Positions 10,392 through 19,971 of a DNA stretch of 61,925 nucleotides are shown here, piece by piece (the first letter of the stretch is position 1; each line of letters starts with the position of its first letter). Source of the stretch: Opitutia bacterium (lineage in GTDB: Bacteria > Verrucomicrobiota > Verrucomicrobiia > Opitutales > Seribacteraceae). The translations under genes and the position numbers were made by a program. The stretch covers positions 19,531-81,455 of the forward strand of contig PBSV01000006.1 of NCBI GenBank assembly GCA_002726435.1, given 5' to 3'. The notes under the pieces were generated by a model, which did no database searches, was not told the DNA's origin, and worked only from the letters and a program-made list of their open reading frames with translations.

Positions 10392-10466
10392 TGGCAGCCC
10401 GGCAGGGATTCGAACCCCGACTGAGAGTACCAAAAACTCCTGTGCTACCATTACACCACCAGGCTA
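10392..10466 (-). tRNA. tRNA-Gln (anticodon TTG)
   Basis: Minus strand TAGCCTGGTGGTGTAATGGTAGCACAGGAGT-TTTTGGT-ACTCTCAGTCGGGGTTCGAATCCCTGCCGGGCTGCCA: acceptor stem, TTG anticodon loop, GTTCGAATC T-loop, encoded CCA. Confidence 0.96.
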
Positions 10467-10528
10467 TAGTTTAACAAAATGTCCTTCTTCCCTTTAAAGT
10501 CAAGATTCTAGCATCCTCATTTCCTTCA

Positions 10529-11242
10529 ATGCCCACTCAATATAAAAGAATTATTCTAAAAATCAGTGGTGAAATCCTTGGCTGTCGAAGCGAAGGCGAA
10601 CCCATTCACGCAAAATCGCTGGAAACTATTTGCGAAGAAATCAAGTTTGTATCGGATATGGGAGTTGAAGTAGGCTTAGTCGTAGGCGGAGGTAATATCT
10701 TTCGTGGTCTGCAGGGTAGCGAAAAGGGAATCGACCGAACAACTGGAGATTCAATGGGCATGCTTGCCACTGTAATTAATGGACTTGCACTCATGGATCG
10801 GCTTGAAAAAATCGGTGCGGTTGTTCGTGTACAGAGTGCAATTCCAATGGACAAACTGGCCGAGCCATACATACAAAGAAGAGCGATTCGACATCTAGAA
10901 AGAGGTCGAATAGTAATTTTCGTTGCTGGCACTGGAAACCCCTATTTTTCAACTGACACCACGGCTGCCCTTAGGGCTAGCGAAATCTCTGCTGAAATTA
11001 TTCTCAAAGCCACAAAGGTAGATGGCATCTATGACAAAGACCCCTGCAAGCATGAGGATGCTATCAAGTACAAAAAACTTTCCTACATGGAATGCTTGGA
11101 AAATCGGCTTTCAGTTATGGATTCCACTGCATTCTCACTTTGCATGGACAATGGAATGCCCATTCTTGTGTTTGATCTTCAACAAAAAGGCTCGATTCGC
11201 ACGGCGGTTTCAGGCGAATCAATTGGAACAATAGTATCCTAA
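10529..11242 (+). CDS. pyrH: UMP kinase
   Basis: [56 protein letters not shown]. Confidence 0.97.
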   Translation: MPTQYKRIILKISGEILGCRSEGEPIHAKSLETICEEIKFVSDMGVEVGLVVGGGNIFRGLQGSEKGIDRTTGDSMGMLATVINGLALMDRLEKIGAVVRVQSAIPMDKLAEPYIQRRAIRHLERGRIVIFVAGTGNPYFSTDTTAALRASEISAEIILKATKVDGIYDKDPCKHEDAIKYKKLSYMECLENRLSVMDSTAFSLCMDNGMPILVFDLQQKGSIRTAVSGESIGTIVS

Positions 11243-11293
11243 AAAGATTTCAAAATTATACTGCGATAAAAATTATTAAAACTAAATTTAACC

Positions 11294-11851
11294 ATGGAAA
11301 CAGAAGATATTTTTAAGAAGATGAAGCAAGTAATGGACAAATCAATTGACCACGTTCTCCATGAATTCTCTACTCTGCATACTGGCAAAGCCAATGCCTC
11401 GATGGTCGAAAGCGTAACCGTGGACGTATATGGCTCGAGCATGAAATTACGTGATGTTGCAGCCATTACCACTCCTGATTCTCGGACAATTCAAATTCAA
11501 CCCTGGGACAAATCTACTGCAGCACCGATTGAAAAAGCATTAATCGATGCAAAACTTGGAATTACTCCGATCGTAACTGGTGAACTCATCCGTATGCCAA
11601 TTCCCGAATTGAGTGGTGAGCGAAGAGAGGAACTTTGCAAGATGGCTCAAGGCTATGCCGAACAAGGTAGAATTGGAATCAGGGCATCTCGAAAAGAAGC
11701 AATGGATGGGTTAAAAGTGGCTCAAAAAGACGGTTTGCCCGAAGACGACTACAAAAGGTCAGAAAAAGAAGTTCAAAAAAGTACCGATGATGCGGTTAAC
11801 CGAATCAATCATGCACTTTCCTCGAAAGAGGAAGATCTTCGACAAGTTTAA
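11294..11851 (+). CDS. frr: Ribosome recycling factor
   Basis: TGKANAS, VDVYG, IQPWDK, IRMPIPELSGERREEL; 185 aa; directly follows pyrH. Confidence 0.96.
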   Translation: METEDIFKKMKQVMDKSIDHVLHEFSTLHTGKANASMVESVTVDVYGSSMKLRDVAAITTPDSRTIQIQPWDKSTAAPIEKALIDAKLGITPIVTGELIRMPIPELSGERREELCKMAQGYAEQGRIGIRASRKEAMDGLKVAQKDGLPEDDYKRSEKEVQKSTDDAVNRINHALSSKEEDLRQV

Positions 11852-11906
11852 TCCCTTTCATCAACCACAAGCTCTCAAATAAAAAGAGAATTAAGGTGTG
11901 GCCTGA

Positions 11907-12995
11907 ATGAAAAAAATCGTCATTAAGATGGGAACCGGAATACTCTCCGCTGGCGAGGGAGAGATCCATTCCATGCGATTGAAAAAACTTGCAGAGGGAA
12001 TTTTGGCACTGAGAGAAAGTGGTGCACAAGCAATTCTGGTCAGTTCTGGATCCATCGGTCTGGGAATGGGAAAACTGGGATTGCTAGAAAGACCGTCTGA
12101 ACTCTCCCTGCTTCGTGCTTGTGCGTCGATCGGGCAATGTCTATTGATGAATGCATGGTCAGAGGCTCTGTCATCAGTTAATCTAATTCCTGCACAAGTC
12201 CTTTTGACACGAGATGATTTTAACCAGCGGACTCGATCTCAAAAAGTCCAGGAAACACTAAATTCACTTCTTCAAAGAGGAATTGTACCGATCGTGAATG
12301 AGAATGATTCAGTGAGCGATGAAGAAATTAAATTTGGTGACAATGACATCCTCTCTGCTCTGTTGGCTTCTTTAGGCAAAGCGAACATGCTCACTATCCT
12401 TTCAACCGCAAAAGGATTAATGACCCACCCCATTGCCGGCACCCTTATTCCTTTCGTTGCTGAGATCACACCCGCCATCGAGCAGATGGCTCAAGGAACA
12501 ACAAGTCCAACCGCGGTTGGTGGAATGGTCACGAAAATTGAAGCGGCTAAAATAGCGACGAAATCGGGGTGCGCCGTTTTTATTGGAAGTGGAGAACAAC
12601 AGGCCAATTTGGTGGAGATTCTTGATGGAAAAGCCGAGGGAACCTTCTTCGCGCCTGCAGGCTTAGAATTAAAAGCGAGAAAAAAATGGCTAGCATTTTT
12701 TCCCAAGGCAAAGGGCAGACTTATTCTTGATGATGGTGCATGTGAAGCGATTTTATTGAACGGAGGAAGCCTCCTGGCAAGTGGATTGCACGAAATTGAA
12801 GGAGATTTTGAAAAGGCCGAAGTAGTCACCCTTTCCGACGGAGAAGGACAGACAATTGCAAGAGGAATTTCTCGTTTCAGTTCCGATGATCTGCAAAAAA
12901 TTCTGGGGAAAACAAATGCAGAGGTTCTTGCTTTATTTCCTGGTAAAAATCGACCTGAAGTTGTACATCGGGATCATTTAGCCCCTCATCTTTGA
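11907..12995 (+). CDS. proB: Glutamate 5-kinase with PUA domain
   Basis: IVIKMGTGIL, VSSGSIGLG, PIVNENDSV, KFGDNDILSA, GGMVTKIEAA, C-terminal PUA ending VVHRDHL. Confidence 0.96.
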   Translation: MKKIVIKMGTGILSAGEGEIHSMRLKKLAEGILALRESGAQAILVSSGSIGLGMGKLGLLERPSELSLLRACASIGQCLLMNAWSEALSSVNLIPAQVLLTRDDFNQRTRSQKVQETLNSLLQRGIVPIVNENDSVSDEEIKFGDNDILSALLASLGKANMLTILSTAKGLMTHPIAGTLIPFVAEITPAIEQMAQGTTSPTAVGGMVTKIEAAKIATKSGCAVFIGSGEQQANLVEILDGKAEGTFFAPAGLELKARKKWLAFFPKAKGRLILDDGACEAILLNGGSLLASGLHEIEGDFEKAEVVTLSDGEGQTIARGISRFSSDDLQKILGKTNAEVLALFPGKNRPEVVHRDHLAPHL

Positions 12996-13035
12996 AAACT
13001 GAATTGAATACGCTTGCCCGCTTGTCTTCTTTCGT

Positions 13036-15129
13036 TTGAAACCTTTTGTAGTGTACGACTACGAAGATGATGAAGATGATATTTTTGGGACTCCCCCTTC
13101 TGTAAGCAGTTCGGTTCCGTCCATAAATTTCAAGGATGAATTAAATGAAGACCAATTCCGTGCAGTTACTGCATCGGACGGACCGGCACTAGTTCTTGCT
13201 GGTGCAGGTTCAGGTAAAACGAGAACATTGACCTACCGTGTCGCTTATTTGATCACCCAAGGTATTTCACCCGAGGCGATTCTCTTACTTACTTTCACTA
13301 ACAAAGCGTCCAAGCAAATGCTTGAGAGAGTCGAGCAACTTACGGGCATTGAGAGCCACCGCTTTTTAGGCGGAACTTTTCATCATGTGGGAGGTCAAGT
13401 CCTGAGGTTGTTTGGAGATACCATTGGACTTCCTAGAAACTTTACCATTCTCGATGACGGTGACTCTGATTCTTTGCTCAACGAGATCATCCGGGATTGT
13501 GATCCTGACTTTTTCAAATCCAAAGAAAACCCGAAGGCTAAACCAATTAAGGGACTGATCAGTTACGCCAGAAATATCCTTGTAGAAGTTGAACATGTCG
13601 CAAAAGGGAGATACCCGGGAAATGTGGAACTACTCTCAAAAATTAACTCTTTCGCTCTACACTACCAAAACACGAAACTGGAAAGGGGATTAGCAGACTA
13701 CGACGATCTTTTGGTTTATTGGCTGGAGGTTCTACAGAACAATGAGGAGGCTGCTCAATATTACCAAGAAAGATTTTCTCATGTCCTTGTTGATGAGTAT
13801 CAAGATGTAAATTCTCTACAGGCTCAAATTGTTGATAAAATCGCTGCCAATCATCAAATTATGGCAGTTGGTGACGATGCGCAGTGCATCTACACATGGC
13901 GGGGGGCAGATCTCGATCAGATCATGAGTTTTCCTGAAAGACACCCCGATACTAAAATCTATAAGATTGAAACAAATTATCGTAGCTCGCCAGAAATTCT
14001 CAAACTAGCCAATGAAATATTGGAAAATCGATCTTCTGAAAATAGCTATTCAAAAATTCTTAAACCATCACGACCCCATCAAGATCTACCCCTCGTGGTA
14101 CCGACCATAGATACATACCAACAAGCTGATTTCATTCTCTCCAAAGTGCAAAAGCTTTACGATTGCGGAGTCAATTATGAGGACATTGCCATCCTTTATC
14201 GTTCACATTATCATGCAATGGAATTACAGGTGGAATTGTCAAGGCGTGACATACCTTTTGTCATTACCAGTGGACTACGGTTCTTTGAACAGGCTCATGT
14301 CAAGGATGTTGCCGCTCAACTTAGATTTGTGGCCAACCCAAAAGACTTGACCGCATTTTTCCGTTTCGCCTGCCTGTTGCCAAAAATTGGAGAAAAAACT
14401 GCATCCAAGTTGATGCTCTTGGCAGAATCAATCTCCGAGAGCAAAAATATTGGTCTCATTGACTCATTGCTTAACCCTGAAGTCGTTAAAAAAGTACCTA
14501 AGGATGCAAAGGAGGACTGGTTTTCATTAATCGATACTCTCAAAAATATTGATACTTTGGCCGCCACTGCAACTCCTGCTCAAGTTGTGGAGGGAGCAGT
14601 TTGTGGGTGGTATGAAGAGTACCTGCGGTCTACCTATGAAAATTGGCCAAGAAGGGAAGAGGATTTAGAAAGCCTAATCGATTTTGCCGCCAAGTATGAG
14701 AACCTAGCAGAAATGCTGTCTCAATTGGTTTTATTAAGTTCAGAATCAGGAAACCGAGTTGTTAAGCAAGGAGAAAGCTGCCTCCGGCTATCGACGATCC
14801 ATCAATCCAAGGGATTAGAGTTTCCACATGTATTTATCATTGGTTTGGCGGATGGACTTTTTCCAAACCGAAGGGCAATTGAAGGGGAAAGTGACCTCGA
14901 AGAAGAAAGACGGTTGTTTTATGTCGCGACCACTCGAGCCGAACGATCTCTTCACTTGGTTTTTCCTATGCTTTCAAATCAAAAAGGGACTCCAGTCCGC
15001 CTCATGCAGAGCCGTTTTATTAAGGAAATTCCCGATTCCCATTATCATCTTCACAACGCTCATACTACCTTTGGCCGCTCTGGCAAGACAGGATGGAATC
15101 ACTTCGGCCCCGGGAAATCATACGGTTAA
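13036..15129 (+). CDS. UvrD/PcrA/Rep-family ATP-dependent DNA helicase (start may be GTG at 13051)
   Basis: LAGAGSGKT, LTFTNKA, VDEYQD, VGDDAQCIYTWRGA, NYRS, STIHQSKGLEF, EEERRLFYVATTRA. Confidence 0.95.
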   Translation: MKPFVVYDYEDDEDDIFGTPPSVSSSVPSINFKDELNEDQFRAVTASDGPALVLAGAGSGKTRTLTYRVAYLITQGISPEAILLLTFTNKASKQMLERVEQLTGIESHRFLGGTFHHVGGQVLRLFGDTIGLPRNFTILDDGDSDSLLNEIIRDCDPDFFKSKENPKAKPIKGLISYARNILVEVEHVAKGRYPGNVELLSKINSFALHYQNTKLERGLADYDDLLVYWLEVLQNNEEAAQYYQERFSHVLVDEYQDVNSLQAQIVDKIAANHQIMAVGDDAQCIYTWRGADLDQIMSFPERHPDTKIYKIETNYRSSPEILKLANEILENRSSENSYSKILKPSRPHQDLPLVVPTIDTYQQADFILSKVQKLYDCGVNYEDIAILYRSHYHAMELQVELSRRDIPFVITSGLRFFEQAHVKDVAAQLRFVANPKDLTAFFRFACLLPKIGEKTASKLMLLAESISESKNIGLIDSLLNPEVVKKVPKDAKEDWFSLIDTLKNIDTLAATATPAQVVEGAVCGWYEEYLRSTYENWPRREEDLESLIDFAAKYENLAEMLSQLVLLSSESGNRVVKQGESCLRLSTIHQSKGLEFPHVFIIGLADGLFPNRRAIEGESDLEEERRLFYVATTRAERSLHLVFPMLSNQKGTPVRLMQSRFIKEIPDSHYHLHNAHTTFGRSGKTGWNHFGPGKSYG

Positions 15130-15548
15130 GCATCTGGTGCACCCATTGCTAATATCAAAGAACGCCATGATAGCAGGGCACAATCATGTCGTTCGGGAAA
15201 TCGCTTGATCGAATCATAAACAATTAAATCCCCCGGTAAAAAAAACTCTTTCCCTTCTTCTAGAAATCGGATTAATTTTTTTGCTAATTCACTTGCTTGC
15301 GACATCGAATACCCGACAACTTCCGCACCCATTAAAGAAGAACAAGCCAAGGCCAAGGCAGAGCCCTGCATAGTCACCCCAATCTCTTTAATAATTCCTT
15401 CTTCTTCAAGATAGAAAATCTCACACGCATTTCCCGTCTTTCTACTTGCAAGTTTTGCTGATCGATTAAAAGTCGCCAATTTTTTTTGATGCTTTGGATT
15501 TTGAGCATGCTCTTCCAATATTTCTCGGTGGAGAGGCTCCTCCTTCAT
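15126..15548 (-). CDS. SufU/IscU (NifU-N)-like protein, degenerate at metal ligands
   Basis: LHREILEEHAQNPKH N-terminus, GSALALACSSLM, IKRFPERHDCALLSW C-terminus match the SufU layout. Confidence 0.8.
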   Translation of the reverse strand: MKEEPLHREILEEHAQNPKHQKKLATFNRSAKLASRKTGNACEIFYLEEEGIIKEIGVTMQGSALALACSSLMGAEVVGYSMSQASELAKKLIRFLEEGKEFFLPGDLIVYDSIKRFPERHDCALLSWRSLILAMGAPDA

Positions 15549-16085
15549 TTAGAAACTATTTTTCCACATCATTGATTCAACGGGGTGTGGCGATCGATCA
15601 TTATATTTTGCAGATGTCTTGCTTGAGTAGTCAACTTCCACTTCTCCATCGACGGTGAAATAAATTAGCTGTCCAATCGGCATCTCCGCATACACGCGTA
15701 CTGATTGGGAAACTGAAATTTCCAGCGTCCAGTGATTGCAAAAACCAACATCTCCTTTTCCAGCGGTAGCATGGATATCGATGCCAAGGCGTCCAACACT
15801 AGATTTTCCCTCTAGAAACGGAACATATTGCCTAGTTTCAGTGTATTCAACGGTCGAACCTAGGTAGGTTTTACCCGGTTGCAGGACAATTCCATCTTCT
15901 GGTATTTCAAAATGATGCACACGATTATGCATCTTTGCATCGATCACATCATCGGTGTAGCAAGCAAGAAATTTTGACAGATGAACATCATAACTGTTTG
16001 TTCCCAGACAAGAGCGTTGATAGGGTTCGATCACGATATCATTCCGCTCTATGGCATTTAAAATCGAGGTGTCGGAAAGAATCAT
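15549..16085 (-). CDS. dcd: dCTP deaminase
   Basis: True start MILSD at 16085; NSYDVHL, EGKSSVGRLG, AGKGDVGF, WTLEI, IGQL. Confidence 0.95.
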   Translation of the reverse strand: MILSDTSILNAIERNDIVIEPYQRSCLGTNSYDVHLSKFLACYTDDVIDAKMHNRVHHFEIPEDGIVLQPGKTYLGSTVEYTETRQYVPFLEGKSSVGRLGIDIHATAGKGDVGFCNHWTLEISVSQSVRVYAEMPIGQLIYFTVDGEVEVDYSSKTSAKYNDRSPHPVESMMWKNSF

Positions 16086-16236
16086 ATGAGCTTTTTGGTG
16101 AGTGATTGAGTCGTGAACATGCAGAATTCCAGAATTAAACCATGTGAACTTGATACACGAAGCAATTTGTAGGTGAGTGCTACAATGAAAGACTTTTGAT
16201 AAATTCTTGTAAGCGGTAAAACTTTGCTTTTTGAGG

Positions 16237-17571
16237 CTATGCAAATGGACGATAAATCCCTGGAGCCGGCACTGGATATTCACCATTTTCATCGGGAACA
16301 ACCGGAGGAGTGGAGCTAAATGTATAATTATCTATACCTGGAGCGTACTCCCGACCCTTTTCCATTAATTCATCCGCCATAATTTCCTTCCCCGAATAAC
16401 AGGCTTCTCGGCCAAGAATTGCAGTAAAAGTACTCATCGCACCATACTCGGCTTCATTGTAGTATTCACCTTTGTGCAAAGCTTCGATTAAATCTTTCTG
16501 TTCCTGATAATGTCCACCGGGTGATCTTCCTATACGAATTGGATCTGCGTCAAAAGGTTCAATCACTTTCGAAACTGCGCAAGTTCCTTTTGAACCATGG
16601 GCATGCTCACCAATGTGAGACCACCCGCCTTTAAGATGACGGCCTTGGCTAAACATCTTGGTACCGTCCGGAAATGTGTATTCCACAGCGGTATGATCAA
16701 AAATTTGTGAAAGTTTACGATCTCCTCCCATCCTCATTTCGCTGCCTCCCATGCCGTTTGCCTTGATGGGGTACATCCCTTTTATCCAGCAACCAATGTC
16801 CAAGTTGTGAATGTGCTGTTCGCATATCTGGTCTCCTGAAGCCCAGGTGAAGTGATACCAGTTGTTGACCTGGTATTCCATTTCAGTCATTCCCTCTTGC
16901 TTTGCTCGATGCCAAATTGAATTTCCGTTCCAGTACACTCGAAGCATATTTATGTCACCAATTACACCGTCCTGTAATTGCTTAACACAATCTATAAAGC
17001 GTTTCTCATGTCTGCGTTGCAATCCAATCCCTACGCTCAAGCCTTTTTCCTTGGCTATTTTGGATGCTTCCAAAACACGTCGAACTCCAATTACATCACT
17101 TGCAACCGGTTTTTCCATGAATACTTGCTTGCCTTGATTAATCGCATACTCAAATTGTTGAGGCTTAAAGCCTGGCGGTGTAGCAATAACCACCATGTCA
17201 ACATCATCAGTAATTGCCTGCTTGTAACCATCAATTCCTCCAAAGATTCGACCACCAACATCTACTCGATCCTCACCGTACTTTTTCTTAAACTGCTCGA
17301 CCTTACCAGCCACTTGGTCGCTGAAAGCATCCGCTACTGCAACAAGCTTAGTGTTACACCGAATATTCTTATCTTTCCCTAAGTCTTTAGGTGCATCCAG
17401 TATTTGAGAAATCGCCCCTGTGCCACGGCCTCCCATTCCAACAACTGCCACACGAATAGTGTCACTTTGAAGATCATCACCTTTTGCGATGTAAGGAACG
17501 CTTGCTGCGACACCAGCAAGAGCGGTTGATCCGATGAATTTTCTACGACTTACGGGTTCTATTTCTTTCAT
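16237..17571 (-). CDS. Tat-exported Gfo/Idh/MocA-family oxidoreductase
   Basis: SRRKFI twin-arginine signal; VGMGGRG Rossmann motif; IATPPGF; FMEKPVA; EQHIHNLD. Confidence 0.92.
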   Translation of the reverse strand: MKEIEPVSRRKFIGSTALAGVAASVPYIAKGDDLQSDTIRVAVVGMGGRGTGAISQILDAPKDLGKDKNIRCNTKLVAVADAFSDQVAGKVEQFKKKYGEDRVDVGGRIFGGIDGYKQAITDDVDMVVIATPPGFKPQQFEYAINQGKQVFMEKPVASDVIGVRRVLEASKIAKEKGLSVGIGLQRRHEKRFIDCVKQLQDGVIGDINMLRVYWNGNSIWHRAKQEGMTEMEYQVNNWYHFTWASGDQICEQHIHNLDIGCWIKGMYPIKANGMGGSEMRMGGDRKLSQIFDHTAVEYTFPDGTKMFSQGRHLKGGWSHIGEHAHGSKGTCAVSKVIEPFDADPIRIGRSPGGHYQEQKDLIEALHKGEYYNEAEYGAMSTFTAILGREACYSGKEIMADELMEKGREYAPGIDNYTFSSTPPVVPDENGEYPVPAPGIYRPFA

Positions 17572-17604
17572 TTTATATAATTTTTAATAATGGTGAGGGA
17601 TTTA

Positions 17605-18453
17605 TTATAAATTTCTTGTTTGAGGAATTGATTTGGAAGGGCCTTTGATATCCCCAAGTGCCCACTGAATGCCGTCCAGAAAATGTTGCAACAGAAAAGG
17701 GGTCCACCATGTTGCTTTGTTGTGACCGAAATTTGAATAAAAGACTTTTCCCCTGCCATAGGAACTGACCCAAGAAACTGGATAATCATTAGTCTTTGAA
17801 TTTCCCTTCTTGTCGGTTTTTGTGGAATCAAGTCCGATTAATACACGAAGTTTGCTTCGATCATATGACTTGTATTGATAAATTTCATCAGAAATCATAA
17901 ATTCAGTTTCTTTGAAAGCTGAATTCACGGGGTGTTTGGGATCTTCGACAAAAAATGGCCATTTTCCTCCTGCATTCCATGGATGCCCCGCGAAGCATCC
18001 TCCGATCATATCTGTGTATTCTTGCCATTGAGGCATTCCTCCATCAGATGCGGAGTGAAATCCAATGAATGCTTTTCCACTTTTAATAAATCCAAGGATT
18101 GCTTCTCTTTGCTCCTTTTCTGTAAATGCTTTTTGCACATGTGTACAATTGTTGAATATGATAGCGTCGTATTTCGATAGACCCCTATCGGTGAACTCTT
18201 CGGTTGTATTACTAAATGTCGGTTCGAAGGCATTCGTCTTTTCGGCCATTAATCGGAGTGCCTTAGCACCAGTCGGAATTGAGCCATGCTTAAATCCGCT
18301 AGGATGAGAGTAAATTAGAACTTTCCTAACCTTTTCAGGAACTACTGAGGGATTGCTCGGCATAGCCTCAAAGATTTTCTTTTCCTCATCCTTTGGATTC
18401 GCCAAAGAAAAAGAGACCAAGCAAAGTACAAATGGCAGGATCAAATGTCTCAT
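17605..18453 (-). CDS. ThuA-domain (trehalose utilisation-like) secreted protein
   Basis: Signal peptide; GFKHGSIP, FIGFHSASD, GGCFAGHPW, DEIYQY, PVSW, YGRGKVFYSNFGH, GIQWALG. Confidence 0.88.
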   Translation of the reverse strand: MRHLILPFVLCLVSFSLANPKDEEKKIFEAMPSNPSVVPEKVRKVLIYSHPSGFKHGSIPTGAKALRLMAEKTNAFEPTFSNTTEEFTDRGLSKYDAIIFNNCTHVQKAFTEKEQREAILGFIKSGKAFIGFHSASDGGMPQWQEYTDMIGGCFAGHPWNAGGKWPFFVEDPKHPVNSAFKETEFMISDEIYQYKSYDRSKLRVLIGLDSTKTDKKGNSKTNDYPVSWVSSYGRGKVFYSNFGHNKATWWTPFLLQHFLDGIQWALGDIKGPSKSIPQTRNL

Positions 18454-18535
18454 CGATTGAAATTCTGTGAAATGTTGATGGGGTTAGGCAACAATCATCA
18501 ATAACTAAGTGTGAAAATTTTTCAACAGCCTACGA

Positions 18536-18955
18536 TTAATTCACGCAACTTGGACATCTTCCAAATACTTCCATGATGTGAGAAATTTCAATAAAACCGA
18601 AACTTTTTGCTGTCTCTTCCAGTTCTTCGCCCATGCACAAATCAATTCTTTCTGTGCGACCGCAATCCCTGCAGGTCAGGTGGTGATGATGCCCAAGGCC
18701 ATGCCCAAGGCAGTAAACTTTTGTTCCATTTTCACGAACCCCAAGATCAATCACGCCAGCTTTATCAAATTGGTCCAGACAGCGGTATACCGTAACTAAG
18801 TCACAGGAACCCGGAGGAAGATTCGCATGGGTCTCTTCGGCAGACCAAGGTGATTGCGAATTGGCTAAGGCCTGAAGAATTAATTTTCTTTGCTCGGTTA
18901 CCCGCAAGCCTTGTTTACGAAGAATTGAAATGGCATCTTGAACAATTTGGTCCAT
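18536..18955 (-). CDS. Fur-family transcriptional repressor (Zur/PerR-like)
   Basis: GLRVTEQRKLIL, DLVTVYRCL, HHHHLTCRDCG, GRCPSC. Confidence 0.93.
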   Translation of the reverse strand: MDQIVQDAISILRKQGLRVTEQRKLILQALANSQSPWSAEETHANLPPGSCDLVTVYRCLDQFDKAGVIDLGVRENGTKVYCLGHGLGHHHHLTCRDCGRTERIDLCMGEELEETAKSFGFIEISHIMEVFGRCPSCVN

Positions 18956-19071
18956 ATTAAAAGTAAGAATTTCTTGACTCGTTTAATCAACCAGAAAGGT
19001 TCAATTTTTTTATCTATAAACAAGAACTTTTGCGGTTGATGGTTCAAATTGTTCTGATTAGCACTTGTAAT

Positions 19072-19860
19072 ATGAAGTTATTACTGCCCTTAAATATTTC
19101 TGTTTTTTTTCTAATCATCAACTCCATGGCAAAGCCTAACCAAGAAGCACCAAGTTTCTATCAATCGAAAAAATGGGAATCTGCAGATGGTAGAAACTTA
19201 CTTTATCGGACCGCATTGCCCGCTTCTCTAGAAAATGGTGAAAAATACCCACTCCTTGTTTTTTTCCATGGAGCAGGTGGACGAGGAAACAATAACTTGG
19301 CACAGTTAACTGATGCAGGTATGGTTGACGCTTTCGAGAAACAAGGAGTTCGAACAAATAAAAACTCACATGTTTTTGCTGCACAAGTTCCCAAGGGTGA
19401 GCGTTGGGTGAATGTTGGTTGGAATCTTCTCGGGCACAAAATGCCCAAGATTTCAAACTCAATGAACATGGCATTGCAAGCCATCGATGCTTACATCAAC
19501 GACGAAAAGAACCAAATCGACTCTAACCGAATTTACGCCATGGGGCTATCAATGGGCGGTTATGGTACTTGGGATGCTATTCAGCGACGCCCAAACTTTT
19601 TTGCTGCCGCAGTTCCAATCTGCGGGGGTGGGGATAAAAAATATGCAAAGAAAATTGCTCATCTTCCAATCTGGGCATGGCATGGAGAAAGAGACACTGT
19701 AATTCTTCCAATCCGTTCCAGCGAAATGGTTGATGCGATCAAAAAAGCAGGGGGAGCTCCCGTGTATAATGAAGTCAAGGACCGGGGCCACAACTCTTGG
19801 GTGGATGTGTGGAATTCAAATGAACTCTGGGAGTGGCTGTATTTACAAAAGAAAAACTAA
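19072..19860 (+). CDS. Secreted alpha/beta-hydrolase (predicted esterase/phospholipase)
   Basis: YPLLVFFHGAGGRG, nucleophile GLSMGGYG, PICGGGD, HGERD, RGHNSW; ATG 19072 preferred over TTG 19030. Confidence 0.88.
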   Translation: MKLLLPLNISVFFLIINSMAKPNQEAPSFYQSKKWESADGRNLLYRTALPASLENGEKYPLLVFFHGAGGRGNNNLAQLTDAGMVDAFEKQGVRTNKNSHVFAAQVPKGERWVNVGWNLLGHKMPKISNSMNMALQAIDAYINDEKNQIDSNRIYAMGLSMGGYGTWDAIQRRPNFFAAAVPICGGGDKKYAKKIAHLPIWAWHGERDTVILPIRSSEMVDAIKKAGGAPVYNEVKDRGHNSWVDVWNSNELWEWLYLQKKN

Positions 19861-19971
19861 TCTTGCCCTGTATTTTCGATTGGTTCCTGAGGGCTTGTTC
19901 TTTCTTGAGACGCTTTTAATATTCTAGGATAGTTTAATCTTTGAGGCTAGATTTTATTCACTCGTTTAATC

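Noticed and set aside
10392-10466. tRNA-Gln as an integration site for a genomic island
   Set aside because: No integrase and no duplicated tRNA 3' end was seen in the window.
16086-16236. Possible structured RNA upstream of dcd (TTGTAG/CTACAA stem, short direct repeats)
   Set aside because: Only a 6-bp stem; no recognisable riboswitch consensus.
16086-16301. 72-codon N-terminal extension of dcd in the ORF track
   Set aside because: It overlaps the upstream gene's 3' end; the family-typical start MILSD is at 16085.
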